22,692 nucleotides of DNA from assembly GCA_977017575.1 (NCBI GenBank), contig CDRNVI010000107.1, forward strand, positions 1 through 22,692, read 5' to 3'. This DNA comes from Paramoeba atlantica (Eukaryota; Protista; Discosea). Shown here piece after piece: positions 7,697 to 20,667 of this stretch (positions within the stretch are counted from its first letter, which is position 1; each line of letters opens with the position of its first letter). A program made the position numbers and the translations under genes. The notes beneath the pieces are model-generated. The model saw nothing but the letters and a program-made list of their open reading frames with translations. It was not told the origin of the DNA and searched no databases.

Positions 7697-7773
7697 TACG
7701 GAACGTAAAAAATAGGTAGCCTCAATTGTGGTCCCGGTGAGGCCCCGGAGTTGCGAGAAGCCTCCATACCCCA

Positions 7774-7849
7774 CAACTACCACCTTCCCCCCCTATTTAG
7801 CGGGGGTCGCGCAAGCGACCCCTGATAAATGGGGGGAAGGTGGTAGTTG
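7774..7849. repeat. Long inverted repeat (unit 4)
   Basis: As 105-180. Confidence 0.93.
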
Positions 7850-8170
7850 TTTTGGGGGAAATGAGAGGCCGAACGCACGGAAGGGCCGGCCGGGCCATTG
7901 AGTCACGTCAAAGTGTGACGCTGAGTTCGTGGGAAGCAATTTGCGAAGCCCTAGGTGATGCTCAGTTGTATTGGGCGACACCGAGACAAACCACGGAAAT
8001 CCCAGATACGACAAGGTCTAGATATCATAAAGAGAGAAAAAACCGGAGCTGTAGACGCGAAAAAGAATGACAGAGATATAACAATGCGATATGCGACCGA
8101 TGAGTTGAGTCGATGCGTGTGCTGACTCTACCTTCCACCGTCATTCACAGAAAATTAACAAAAAATGTAT

Positions 8171-8378
8171 TATGACAGATAAGGGTGCAGTATGACAGAT
8201 AAGGGTGCGGCTTATATGACAGATAAGGGTGCAGTATGACAGATAAGGGTGCATTATGACAGATAAGGGTGCAGTATGACAGATAAGGGTGCAGTATGAC
8301 AGATAAGGGTGCAGTATGACAGATAAGGGTGCATTATGACAGATAAGGGTGCGAGTTTCTATGACAGATAAGGGTGCG
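8171..8378. repeat. 20-bp minisatellite, 10 copies (unit 4)
   Basis: As unit 1. Confidence 0.97.
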
Positions 8379-8985
8379 GGTGCCCCGGCTTCGAATACGC
8401 GGAACGCTTCTGACCACACCTTTGTCTGCGGGGGAAAACCTCCGAATGCGTTGTGGGTCGATCAGTAAACGGAAATCTTCCTTAGATGGGAGCTTACGTG
8501 TGTTAGGCTATCTGTTCGATACACCGCAGCAGCGAGGTGACACCTCTCGATGCCAGAGGATTCCGCTTCCTTGGTTTGCAGACGTTACATCCATCCCACC
8601 ACCTGCTCCAGTAGCGTGGCACCGCACTTCCTGACGGGGAGTATGGGGATGTAAAGGCACCTATGCCATATCGATACTCCACAGAGTATCGACCGTTCAG
8701 CGACCAGGCACTTTCCTCCAAGTTTCCCTGCTTTCTCAGGGGAGGCGACATCATTGAACAAGGGTAACCGCCTGTTTTACATACATTCATACATACAAAG
8801 GCATCTATGCGCCCTGTATTATAAAGCCGTACGTAAAAATCACAGCGTCCCGAGGACTCAATGCCGATTCGAAACGCAACTAGGCCCTTGAGGTGAGAGA
8901 GGCAAAGACGACATTGAAGAAAATCTCGTGAAACGTCGTGAAAGGTCGTCGAAACCTCACCACCTGATTCCTCTTGCATTTAAAA

Positions 8986-9104
8986 AGAGTACAACACTCA
9001 GGGTTCCCGAGCGATCGCTCACCTCAGTACTAACTGAGCCTGACGGTGCTTAACTTCACAAAGCGAACGGGATGTGGTGTTTTCACCGTAGTATGGTCGT
9101 ACCC
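8986..9104 (-). rRNA. 5S rRNA (unit 4)
   Basis: Identical to unit 1 copy. Confidence 0.97.
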
Positions 9105-9203
9105 GGCGTAACTTGTGAAATCCCCACTATGAAAGAAATATTTTCCACGACAATCTGCCTCATCCTGAGTGTCCCACAGAGGCGCTACTCACCATGTTTA
9201 CGC

Positions 9204-9394
9204 TAGCGCAGTGGCTTCCGGGGTTTTTATCATTCGAAAAGGTCACACGGGCTGAGGATCGAACCTCCGTGCAAGTGTTTTGACATTCAGCACATGGCTA
9301 CAGTTTGCCACGTGTTGCGAAAATTGACGGGGCGGGAATCGAACCAGGAGTTTGGTTCGTCAGTCTCAGAAAAGCACGCCCTGCCACTAGACAA
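9204..9394. promoter_or_regulatory. Bidirectional A/B-box cassette (unit 4)
   Basis: Same sequence as 1535-1725. Confidence 0.6.
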
Positions 9395-9493
9395 GTTTCC
9401 AGGTTGCATTTTGGGCTAAGACTCGTGGAACAACAAGTTCATCAGTTTGACAAAAGCGAACAATGAGCTCTGGTGGTTGGTAAAGCCCTTGTT

Positions 9494-9602
9494 AACTTTA
9501 ACGATAAAGATACAGTTTCTGTACCTTGTTGGTATGAGAAGCTTCGAACTCTAAGTTCGCTTGAAGGCCCCGGTTCCCGAGAAGGGAACTGGGGCTTATT
9601 TG
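9494..9602 (+). ncRNA. SL RNA gene (unit 4)
   Basis: Same sequence as unit 1 copy. Confidence 0.88.
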
Positions 9603-10184
9603 CGTTACAATAACTCTGTCACCAGGCAGTCTGACTCGCAAAATCGGACTCCACCGATAAATAGGCAGGATGGCATGTTCATTAACGTCTGAAAATCTGC
9701 GGCACCGCAATTTAAATCTGCACCCATCCTAACACATCACACAATATATCAACCAATCTTCTCGGTCATCCGCAATCCCGGTCAATGCCTCCTACAAAGA
9801 TCTCAACGACACCTATAATCAGGCCAGCAATCGTGGAAAATTTGTGCAAATCCAATATATGCATGAACACCCTCACGGGTGGACCTTGTTTATCATACGC
9901 TCATTGGCGCAGAGATATTCCCCTTAATGCGACGGTCGATATCATCGGCACATGATCCGCCCACAACGGATGTCGCACCAAGGGGCATTTGGAACGATAA
10001 CACGAGGCAGAGTCACGCACAGCGGTACTCAAGGGGAAGTCTCAAGGGAAAAAAGCTCACTCAAAGAGTGAGCCGGGGAGGGGTAATGGGAAGCGCGTCC
10101 CCTGCTTCACCGAAGAAAGAGGGGCAGTTTCGCCCTTACTGCCGGCCGGCAACGGGCATGTAACAGTAAGACTCTTCCCGGTGC

Positions 10185-10187
<3 letters not shown>

Positions 10188-10245
<58 letters not shown>
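10188..10245. repeat. (AG)29 microsatellite
   Basis: Pure AG run. Confidence 0.97.
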
Positions 10246-10250
<5 letters not shown>

Positions 10251-10327
10251 TACGGAACGTAAAAAATAGGTAGCCTCAATTGTGGTCCCGGTGAGGCCCC
10301 GGAGTTGCGAGAAGCCTCCATACCCCA

Positions 10328-10403
10328 CAACTACCACCTTCCCCCCCTATTTAGCGGGGGTCGCGCAAGCGACCCCTGATAAATGGGGGGAAGGTGGTAG
10401 TTG
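10328..10403. repeat. Long inverted repeat (unit 5)
   Basis: As 105-180. Confidence 0.93.
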
Positions 10404-10724
10404 TTTTGGGGGAAATGAGAGGCCGAACGCACGGAAGGGCCGGCCGGGCCATTGAGTCACGTCAAAGTGTGACGCTGAGTTCGTGGGAAGCAATTTGCGA
10501 AGCCCTAGGTGATGCTCAGTTGTATTGGGCGACACCGAGACAAACCACGGAAATCCCAGATACGACAAGGTCTAGATATCATAAAGAGAGAAAAAACCGG
10601 AGCTGTAGACGCGAAAAAGAATGACAGAGATATAACAATGCGATATGCGACCGATGAGTTGAGTCGATGCGTGTGCTGACTCTACCTTCCACCGTCATTC
10701 ACAGAAAATTAACAAAAAATGTAT

Positions 10725-10932
10725 TATGACAGATAAGGGTGCAGTATGACAGATAAGGGTGCGGCTTATATGACAGATAAGGGTGCAGTATGACAGATAA
10801 GGGTGCATTATGACAGATAAGGGTGCAGTATGACAGATAAGGGTGCAGTATGACAGATAAGGGTGCAGTATGACAGATAAGGGTGCATTATGACAGATAA
10901 GGGTGCGAGTTTCTATGACAGATAAGGGTGCG
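10725..10932. repeat. 20-bp minisatellite, 10 copies (unit 5)
   Basis: As unit 1. Confidence 0.97.
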
Positions 10933-11539
10933 GGTGCCCCGGCTTCGAATACGCGGAACGCTTCTGACCACACCTTTGTCTGCGGGGGAAAACCTCCGAA
11001 TGCGTTGTGGGTCGATCAGTAAACGGAAATCTTCCTTAGATGGGAGCTTACGTGTGTTAGGCTATCTGTTCGATACACCGCAGCAGCGAGGTGACACCTC
11101 TCGATGCCAGAGGATTCCGCTTCCTTGGTTTGCAGACGTTACATCCATCCCACCACCTGCTCCAGTAGCGTGGCACCGCACTTCCTGACGGGGAGTATGG
11201 GGATGTAAAGGCACCTATGCCATATCGATACTCCACAGAGTATCGACCGTTCAGCGACCAGGCACTTTCCTCCAAGTTTCCCTGCTTTCTCAGGGGAGGC
11301 GACATCATTGAACAAGGGTAACCGCCTGTTTTACATACATTCATACATACAAAGGCATCTATGCGCCCTGTATTATAAAGCCGTACGTAAAAATCACAGC
11401 GTCCCGAGGACTCAATGCCGATTCGAAACGCAACTAGGCCCTTGAGGTGAGAGAGGCAAAGACGACATTGAAGAAAATCTCGTGAAACGTCGTGAAAGGT
11501 CGTCGAAACCTCACCACCTGATTCCTCTTGCATTTAAAA

Positions 11540-11658
11540 AGAGTACAACACTCAGGGTTCCCGAGCGATCGCTCACCTCAGTACTAACTGAGCCTGACGG
11601 TGCTTAACTTCACAAAGCGAACGGGATGTGGTGTTTTCACCGTAGTATGGTCGTACCC
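11540..11658 (-). rRNA. 5S rRNA (unit 5)
   Basis: Identical to unit 1 copy. Confidence 0.97.
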
Positions 11659-11757
11659 GGCGTAACTTGTGAAATCCCCACTATGAAAGAAATATTTTCC
11701 ACGACAATCTGCCTCATCCTGAGTGTCCCACAGAGGCGCTACTCACCATGTTTACGC

Positions 11758-11948
11758 TAGCGCAGTGGCTTCCGGGGTTTTTATCATTCGAAAAGGTCAC
11801 ACGGGCTGAGGATCGAACCTCCGTGCAAGTGTTTTGACATTCAGCACATGGCTACAGTTTGCCACGTGTTGCGAAAATTGACGGGGCGGGAATCGAACCA
11901 GGAGTTTGGTTCGTCAGTCTCAGAAAAGCACGCCCTGCCACTAGACAA
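11758..11948. promoter_or_regulatory. Bidirectional A/B-box cassette (unit 5)
   Basis: Same sequence as 1535-1725. Confidence 0.6.
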
Positions 11949-12047
11949 GTTTCCAGGTTGCATTTTGGGCTAAGACTCGTGGAACAACAAGTTCATCAGT
12001 TTGACAAAAGCGAACAATGAGCTCTGGTGGTTGGTAAAGCCCTTGTT

Positions 12048-12156
12048 AACTTTAACGATAAAGATACAGTTTCTGTACCTTGTTGGTATGAGAAGCTTCG
12101 AACTCTAAGTTCGCTTGAAGGCCCCGGTTCCCGAGAAGGGAACTGGGGCTTATTTG
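12048..12156 (+). ncRNA. SL RNA gene (unit 5)
   Basis: Same sequence as unit 1 copy. Confidence 0.88.
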
Positions 12157-12738
12157 CGTTACAATAACTCTGTCACCAGGCAGTCTGACTCGCAAAATCG
12201 GACTCCACCGATAAATAGGCAGGATGGCATGTTCATTAACGTCTGAAAATCTGCGGCACCGCAATTTAAATCTGCACCCATCCTAACACATCACACAATA
12301 TATCAACCAATCTTCTCGGTCATCCGCAATCCCGGTCAATGCCTCCTACAAAGATCTCAACGACACCTATAATCAGGCCAGCAATCGTGGAAAATTTGTG
12401 CAAATCCAATATATGCATGAACACCCTCACGGGTGGACCTTGTTTATCATACGCTCATTGGCGCAGAGATATTCCCCTTAATGCGACGGTCGATATCATC
12501 GGCACATGATCCGCCCACAACGGATGTCGCACCAAGGGGCATTTGGAACGATAACACGAGGCAGAGTCACGCACAGCGGTACTCAAGGGGAAGTCTCAAG
12601 GGAAAAAAGCTCACTCAAAGAGTGAGCCGGGGAGGGGTAATGGGAAGCGCGTCCCCTGCTTCACCGAAGAAAGAGGGGCAGTTTCGCCCTTACTGCCGGC
12701 CGGCAACGGGCATGTAACAGTAAGACTCTTCCCGGTGC

Positions 12739-12741
<3 letters not shown>

Positions 12742-12817
<76 letters not shown>
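12742..12817. repeat. (AG)38 microsatellite
   Basis: Pure AG run. Confidence 0.97.
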
Positions 12818-12822
<5 letters not shown>

Positions 12823-12899
12823 TACGGAACGTAAAAAATAGGTAGCCTCAATTGTGGTCCCGGTGAGGCCCCGGAGTTGCGAGAAGCCTCCATACCCCA

Positions 12900-12973
12900 C
12901 AACTACCACCTTCCCCCTATTTAGCGGGGGTCGCGCAAGCGACCCCTGATAAATGGGGGGAAGGTGGTAGTTG
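12900..12973. repeat. Long inverted repeat, C5 allele (unit 6)
   Basis: C7 run reduced to C5. Confidence 0.93.
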
Positions 12974-13294
12974 TTTTGGGGGAAATGAGAGGCCGAACGC
13001 ACGGAAGGGCCGGCCGGGCCATTGAGTCACGTCAAAGTGTGACGCTGAGTTCGTGGGAAGCAATTTGCGAAGCCCTAGGTGATGCTCAGTTGTATTGGGC
13101 GACACCGAGACAAACCACGGAAATCCCAGATACGACAAGGTCTAGATATCATAAAGAGAGAAAAAACCGGAGCTGTAGACGCGAAAAAGAATGACAGAGA
13201 TATAACAATGCGATATGCGACCGATGAGTTGAGTCGATGCGTGTGCTGACTCTACCTTCCACCGTCATTCACAGAAAATTAACAAAAAATGTAT

Positions 13295-13582
13295 TATGAC
13301 AGATAAGGGTGCAGTATGACAGATAAGGGTGCGGCTTATATGACAGATAAGGGTGCAGTATGACAGATAAGGGTGCATTATGACAGATAAGGGTGCAGTA
13401 TGACAGATAAGGGTGCAGTATGACAGATAAGGGTGCAGTATGACAGATAAGGGTGCATTATGACAGATAAGGGTGCATTATGACAGATAAGGGTGCAGTA
13501 TGACAGATAAGGGTGCAGTATGACAGATAAGGGTGCATTATGACAGATAAGGGTGCGAGTTTCTATGACAGATAAGGGTGCG
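13295..13582. repeat. 20-bp minisatellite, 14 copies (unit 6)
   Basis: 80 bp longer than the other units. Confidence 0.97.
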
Positions 13583-14189
13583 GGTGCCCCGGCTTCGAAT
13601 ACGCGGAACGCTTCTGACCACACCTTTGTCTGCGGGGGAAAACCTCCGAATGCGTTGTGGGTCGATCAGTAAACGGAAATCTTCCTTAGATGGGAGCTTA
13701 CGTGTGTTAGGCTATCTGTTCGATACACCGCAGCAGCAAGGTGACACCTCTCGATGCCAGAGGATTCCGCTTCCTTGGTATGCAGACGTTACATCCATCC
13801 CACCACCTGCTCCAGTAGCGTGGCACCGCACTTCCTGACGGGGAGTATGGGGATGTAAAGGCACCTATGCCATATCGATACTCCACAGAGTATCGACCGT
13901 TCAGCGACCAGGCACTTTCCTCCAAGTTTCCCTGCTTTCTCAGGGGAGGCGACATCATTGAACAAGGGTAACCGCCTGTTTTACATACATTCATACATAC
14001 AAAGGCATCTATGCGCCCTGTATTATAAAGCCGTACGTAAAAATCACAGCGTCCCGAGGACTCAATGCCGATTCGAAACGCAACTAGGCCCTTGAGGTGA
14101 GAGAGGCAAAGACGACATTGAAGAAAATCTCGTGAAACGTCGTGAAAGGTCGTCGAAACCTCACCACCTGATTCCTCTTGCATTTAAAA

Positions 14190-14308
14190 AGAGTACAACA
14201 CTCAGGGTTCCCGAGCGATCGCTCACCTCAGTACTAACTGAGTCTGACGGTGCTTAACTTCACAAAGCGAACGGGATGTGGTGTTTTCACCGTAGTATGG
14301 TCGTACCC
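14190..14308 (-). rRNA. 5S rRNA (unit 6), G66A variant
   Basis: As unit 1 except C>T at 14243 on the + strand (G66A in the RNA). Confidence 0.97.
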
Positions 14309-14407
14309 GGCGTAACTTGTGAAATCTCCACTATGAAAGAAATATTTTCCACGACAATCTGCCTCATCCTGAGTGTCCCACAGAGGCGCTACTCACCATG
14401 TTTACGC

Positions 14408-14598
14408 TAGCGCAGTGGCTTCCGGGGTTTTTATCATTCGAAAAGGTCACACGGGCTGAGGATCGAACCTCCGTGCAAGTGTTTTGACATTCAGCACATG
14501 GCTACAGTTTGCCACGTGTTGCGAAAATTGACGGGGCGGGAATCGAACCAGGAGTTTGGTTCGTCAGTCTCAGAAAAGCACGCCCTGCCACTAGACAA
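14408..14598. promoter_or_regulatory. Bidirectional A/B-box cassette (unit 6)
   Basis: Same sequence as 1535-1725. Confidence 0.6.
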
Positions 14599-14697
14599 GT
14601 TTCCAGGTTGCATTTTGGGCTAAGACTCGTGGAACAACAAGTTCATCAGTTTGACAAAAGCGAACAATGAGCTCTGGTGGTTGGTAAAGCCCTTGTT

Positions 14698-14806
14698 AAC
14701 TTTAACGATAAAGATACAGTTTCTGTACCTTGTTGGTATGAGAAGCTTCGAACTCTAAGTTCGCTTGAAGGCCCCGGTTCCCGAGAAGGGAACTGGGGCT
14801 TATTTG
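14698..14806 (+). ncRNA. SL RNA gene (unit 6)
   Basis: Same sequence as unit 1 copy. Confidence 0.88.
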
Positions 14807-15388
14807 CGTTACAATAACTCTGTCACCAGGCAGTCTGACTCGCAAAATCGGACTCCACCGATAAATAGGCAGGATGGCATGTTCATTAACGTCTGAAAAT
14901 CTGCGGCACCGCAATTTAAATCTGCACCCATCCTAACACATCACACAATATATCAACCAATCTTCTCGGTCATCCGCAATCCCGGTCAATGCCTCCTACA
15001 AAGATCTCAACGACACCTATAATCAGGCCAGCAATCGTGGAAAATTTGTGCAAATCCAATATATGCATGAACACCCTCACGGGTGGACCTTGTTTATCAT
15101 ACGCTCATTGGCGCAGAGATATTCCCCTTAATGCGACGGTCGATATCATCGGCACATGATCCGCCCACAACGGATGTCGCACCAAGGGGCATTTGGAACG
15201 ATAACACGAGGCAGAGTCACGCACAGCGGTACTCAAGGGGAAGTCTCAAGGGAAAAAAGCTCACTCAAAGAGTGAGCCGGGGAGGGGTAATGGGAAGCGC
15301 GTCCCCTGCTTCACCGAAGAAAGAGGGGCAGTTTCGCCCTTACTGCCGGCCGGCAACGGGCATGTAACAGTAAGACTCTTCCCGGTGC

Positions 15389-15391
<3 letters not shown>

Positions 15392-15473
<82 letters not shown>
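15392..15473. repeat. (AG)41 microsatellite
   Basis: Pure AG run. Confidence 0.97.
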
Positions 15474-15478
<5 letters not shown>

Positions 15479-15555
15479 TACGGAACGTAAAAAATAGGTA
15501 GCCTCAATTGTGGTCCCGGTGAGGCCCCGGAGTTGCGAGAAGCCTCCATACCCCA

Positions 15556-15629
15556 CAACTACCACCTTCCCCCTATTTAGCGGGGGTCGCGCAAGCGACC
15601 CCTGATAAATGGGGGGAAGGTGGTAGTTG
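15556..15629. repeat. Long inverted repeat, C5 allele (unit 7)
   Basis: C7 run reduced to C5. Confidence 0.93.
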
Positions 15630-15950
15630 TTTTGGGGGAAATGAGAGGCCGAACGCACGGAAGGGCCGGCCGGGCCATTGAGTCACGTCAAAGTGTGACG
15701 CTGAGTTCGTGGGAAGCAATTTGCGAAGCCCTAGGTGATGCTCAGTTGTATTGGGCGACACCGAGACAAACCACGGAAATCCCAGATACGACAAGGTCTA
15801 GATATCATAAAGAGAGAAAAAACCGGAGCTGTAGACGCGAAAAAGAATGACAGAGATATAACAATGCGATATGCGACCGATGAGTTGAGTCGATGCGTGT
15901 GCTGACTCTACCTTCCACCGTCATTCACAGAAAATTAACAAAAAATGTAT

Positions 15951-16158
15951 TATGACAGATAAGGGTGCAGTATGACAGATAAGGGTGCGGCTTATATGAC
16001 AGATAAGGGTGCAGTATGACAGATAAGGGTGCATTATGACAGATAAGGGTGCATTATGACAGATAAGGGTGCAGTATGACAGATAAGGGTGCAGTATGAC
16101 AGATAAGGGTGCATTATGACAGATAAGGGTGCGAGTTTCTATGACAGATAAGGGTGCG
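15951..16158. repeat. 20-bp minisatellite, 10 copies, variant linker order (unit 7)
   Basis: Fifth linker is AT instead of AG. Confidence 0.97.
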
Positions 16159-16765
16159 GGTGCCCCGGCTTCGAATACGCGGAACGCTTCTGACCACACC
16201 TTTGTCTGCGGGGGAAAACCTCCGAATGCGTTGTGGGTCGATCAGTAAACGGAAATCTTCCTTAGATGGGAGCTTACGTGTGTTAGGCTATCTGTTCGAT
16301 ACACCGCAGCAGCAAGGTGACACCTCTCGATGCCAGAGGATTCCGCTTCCTTGGTATGCAGACGTTACATCCATCCCACCACCTGCTCCAGTAGCGTGGC
16401 ACCGCACTTCCTGACGGGGAGTATGGGGATGTAAAGGCACCTATGCCATATCGATACTCCACAGAGTATCGACCGTTCAGCGACCAGGCACTTTCCTCCA
16501 AGTTTCCCTGCTTTCTCAGGGGAGGCGACATCATTGAACAAGGGTAACCGCCTGTTTTACATACATTCATACATACAAAGGCATCTATGCGCCCTGTATT
16601 ATAAAGCCGTACGTAAAAATCACAGCGTCCCGAGGACTCAATGCCGATTCGAAACGCAACTAGGCCCTTGAGGTGAGAGAGGCAAAGACGACATTGAAGA
16701 AAATCTCGTGAAACGTCGTGAAAGGTCGTCGAAACCTCACCACCTGATTCCTCTTGCATTTAAAA

Positions 16766-16884
16766 AGAGTACAACACTCAGGGTTCCCGAGCGATCGCTC
16801 ACCTCAGTACTAACTGAGTCTGACGGTGCTTAACTTCACAAAGCGAACGGGATGTGGTGTTTTCACCGTAGTATGGTCGTACCC
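16766..16884 (-). rRNA. 5S rRNA (unit 7), G66A variant
   Basis: As unit 1 except C>T at 16819 on the + strand (G66A in the RNA). Confidence 0.97.
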
Positions 16885-16983
16885 GGCGTAACTTGTGAAA
16901 TCCCCACTATGAAAGAAATATTTTCCACGACAATCTGCCTCATCCTGAGTGTCCCACAGAGGCGCTACTCACCATGTTTACGC

Positions 16984-17174
16984 TAGCGCAGTGGCTTCCG
17001 GGGTTTTTATCATTCGAAAAGGTCACACGGGCTGAGGATCGAACCTCCGTGCAAGTGTTTTGACATTCAGCACATGGCTACAGTTTGCCACGTGTTGCGA
17101 AAATTGACGGGGCGGGAATCGAACCAGGAGTTTGGTTCGTCAGTCTCAGAAAAGCACGCCCTGCCACTAGACAA
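16984..17174. promoter_or_regulatory. Bidirectional A/B-box cassette (unit 7)
   Basis: Same sequence as 1535-1725. Confidence 0.6.
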
Positions 17175-17273
17175 GTTTCCAGGTTGCATTTTGGGCTAAG
17201 ACTCGTGGAACAACAAGTTCATCAGTTTGACAAAAGCGAACAATGAGCTCTGGTGGTTGGTAAAGCCCTTGTT

Positions 17274-17382
17274 AACTTTAACGATAAAGATACAGTTTCT
17301 GTACCTTGTTGGTATGAGAAGCTTCGAACTCTAAGTTCGCTTGAAGGCCCCGGTTCCCGAGAAGGGAACTGGGGCTTATTTG
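17274..17382 (+). ncRNA. SL RNA gene (unit 7)
   Basis: Same sequence as unit 1 copy. Confidence 0.88.
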
Positions 17383-17964
17383 CGTTACAATAACTCTGTC
17401 ACCAGGCAGTCTGACTCGCAAAATCGGACTCCACCGATAAATAGGCAGGATGGCATGTTCATTAACGTCTGAAAATCTGCGGCACCGCAATTTAAATCTG
17501 CACCCATCCTAACACATCACACAATATATCAACCAATCTTCTCGGTCATCCGCAATCCCGGTCAATGCCTCCTACAAAGATCTCAACGACACCTATAATC
17601 AGGCCAGCAATCGTGGAAAATTTGTGCAAATCCAATATATGCATGAACACCCTCACGGGTGGACCTTGTTTATCATACGCTCATTGGCGCAGAGATATTC
17701 CCCTTAATGCGACGGTCGATATCATCGGCACATGATCCGCCCACAACGGATGTCGCACCAAGGGGCATTTGGAACGATAACACGAGGCAGAGTCACGCAC
17801 AGCGGTACTCAAGGGGAAGTCTCAAGGGAAAAAAGCTCACTCAAAGAGTGAGCCGGGGAGGGGTAATGGGAAGCGCGTCCCCTGCTTCACCGAAGAAAGA
17901 GGGGCAGTTTCGCCCTTACTGCCGGCCGGCAACGGGCATGTAACAGTAAGACTCTTCCCGGTGC

Positions 17965-17967
<3 letters not shown>

Positions 17968-18035
<68 letters not shown>
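17968..18035. repeat. (AG)34 microsatellite
   Basis: Pure AG run. Confidence 0.97.
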
Positions 18036-18040
<5 letters not shown>

Positions 18041-18117
18041 TACGGAACGTAAAAAATAGGTAGCCTCAATTGTGGTCCCGGTGAGGCCCCGGAGTTGCGA
18101 GAAGCCTCCATACCCCA

Positions 18118-18191
18118 CAACTACCACCTTCCCCCTATTTAGCGGGGGTCGCGCAAGCGACCCCTGATAAATGGGGGGAAGGTGGTAGTTG
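18118..18191. repeat. Long inverted repeat, C5 allele (unit 8)
   Basis: C7 run reduced to C5. Confidence 0.93.
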
Positions 18192-18512
18192 TTTTGGGGG
18201 AAATGAGAGGCCGAACGCACGGAAGGGCCGGCCGGGCCATTGAGTCACGTCAAAGTGTGACGCTGAGTTCGTGGGAAGCAATTTGCGAAGCCCTAGGTGA
18301 TGCTCAGTTGTATTGGGCGACACCGAGACAAACCACGGAAATCCCAGATACGACAAGGTCTAGATATCATAAAGAGAGAAAAAACCGGAGCTGTAGACGC
18401 GAAAAAGAATGACAGAGATATAACAATGCGATATGCGACCGATGAGTTGAGTCGATGCGTGTGCTGACTCTACCTTCCACCGTCATTCACAGAAAATTAA
18501 CAAAAAATGTAT

Positions 18513-18720
18513 TATGACAGATAAGGGTGCAGTATGACAGATAAGGGTGCGGCTTATATGACAGATAAGGGTGCAGTATGACAGATAAGGGTGCATTATG
18601 ACAGATAAGGGTGCAGTATGACAGATAAGGGTGCAGTATGACAGATAAGGGTGCAGTATGACAGATAAGGGTGCATTATGACAGATAAGGGTGCGAGTTT
18701 CTATGACAGATAAGGGTGCG
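18513..18720. repeat. 20-bp minisatellite, 10 copies (unit 8)
   Basis: As unit 1. Confidence 0.97.
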
Positions 18721-19327
18721 GGTGCCCCGGCTTCGAATACGCGGAACGCTTCTGACCACACCTTTGTCTGCGGGGGAAAACCTCCGAATGCGTTGTGGGT
18801 CGATCAGTAAACGGAAATCTTCCTTAGATGGGAGCTTACGTGTGTTAGGCTATCTGTTCGATACACCGCAGCAGCGAGGTGACACCTCTCGATGCCAGAG
18901 GATTCCGCTTCCTTGGTTTGCAGACGTTACATCCATCCCACCACCTGCTCCAGTAGCGTGGCACCGCACTTCCTGACGGGGAGTATGGGGATGTAAAGGC
19001 ACCTATGCCATATCGATACTCCACAGAGTATCGACCGTTCAGCGACCAGGCACTTTCCTCCAAGTTTCCCTGCTTTCTCAGGGGAGGCGACATCATTGAA
19101 CAAGGGTAACCGCCTGTTTTACATACATTCATACATACAAAGGCATCTATGCGCCCTGTATTATAAAGCCGTACGTAAAAATCACAGCGTCCCGAGGACT
19201 CAATGCCGATTCGAAACGCAACTAGGCCCTTGAGGTGAGAGAGGCAAAGACGACATTGAAGAAAATCTCGTGAAACGTCGTGAAAGGTCGTCGAAACCTC
19301 ACCACCTGATTCCTCTTGCATTTAAAA

Positions 19328-19446
19328 AGAGTACAACACTCAGGGTTCCCGAGCGATCGCTCACCTCAGTACTAACTGAGCCTGACGGTGCTTAACTTCA
19401 CAAAGCGAACGGGATGTGGTGTTTTCACCGTAGTATGGTCGTACCC
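19328..19446 (-). rRNA. 5S rRNA (unit 8)
   Basis: Identical to unit 1 copy. Confidence 0.97.
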
Positions 19447-19545
19447 GGCGTAACTTGTGAAATCCCCACTATGAAAGAAATATTTTCCACGACAATCTGC
19501 CTCATCCTGAGTGTCCCACAGAGGCGCTACTCACCATGTTTACGC

Positions 19546-19736
19546 TAGCGCAGTGGCTTCCGGGGTTTTTATCATTCGAAAAGGTCACACGGGCTGAGGA
19601 TCGAACCTCCGTGCAAGTGTTTTGACATTCAGCACATGGCTACAGTTTGCCACGTGTTGCGAAAATTGACGGGGCGGGAATCGAACCAGGAGTTTGGTTC
19701 GTCAGTCTCAGAAAAGCACGCCCTGCCACTAGACAA
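19546..19736. promoter_or_regulatory. Bidirectional A/B-box cassette (unit 8)
   Basis: Same sequence as 1535-1725. Confidence 0.6.
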
Positions 19737-19835
19737 GTTTCCAGGTTGCATTTTGGGCTAAGACTCGTGGAACAACAAGTTCATCAGTTTGACAAAAGCG
19801 AACAATGAGCTCTGGTGGTTGGTAAAGCCCTTGTT

Positions 19836-19944
19836 AACTTTAACGATAAAGATACAGTTTCTGTACCTTGTTGGTATGAGAAGCTTCGAACTCTAAGTTC
19901 GCTTGAAGGCCCCGGTTCCCGAGAAGGGAACTGGGGCTTATTTG
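19836..19944 (+). ncRNA. SL RNA gene (unit 8)
   Basis: Same sequence as unit 1 copy. Confidence 0.88.
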
Positions 19945-20526
19945 CGTTACAATAACTCTGTCACCAGGCAGTCTGACTCGCAAAATCGGACTCCACCGAT
20001 AAATAGGCAGGATGGCATGTTCATTAACGTCTGAAAATCTGCGGCACCGCAATTTAAATCTGCACCCATCCTAACACATCACACAATATATCAACCAATC
20101 TTCTCGGTCATCCGCAATCCCGGTCAATGCCTCCTACAAAGATCTCAACGACACCTATAATCAGGCCAGCAATCGTGGAAAATTTGTGCAAATCCAATAT
20201 ATGCATGAACACCCTCACGGGTGGACCTTGTTTATCATACGCTCATTGGCGCAGAGATATTCCCCTTAATGCGACGGTCGATATCATCGGCACATGATCC
20301 GCCCACAACGGATGTCGCACCAAGGGGCATTTGGAACGATAACACGAGGCAGAGTCACGCACAGCGGTACTCAAGGGGAAGTCTCAAGGGAAAAAAGCTC
20401 ACTCAAAGAGTGAGCCGGGGAGGGGTAATGGGAAGCGCGTCCCCTGCTTCACCGAAGAAAGAGGGGCAGTTTCGCCCTTACTGCCGGCCGGCAACGGGCA
20501 TGTAACAGTAAGACTCTTCCCGGTGC

Positions 20527-20529
<3 letters not shown>

Positions 20530-20585
<56 letters not shown>
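20530..20585. repeat. (AG)28 microsatellite
   Basis: Pure AG run. Confidence 0.97.
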
Positions 20586-20590
<5 letters not shown>

Positions 20591-20667
20591 TACGGAACGT
20601 AAAAAATAGGTAGCCTCAATTGTGGTCCCGGTGAGGCCCCGGAGTTGCGAGAAGCCTCCATACCCCA

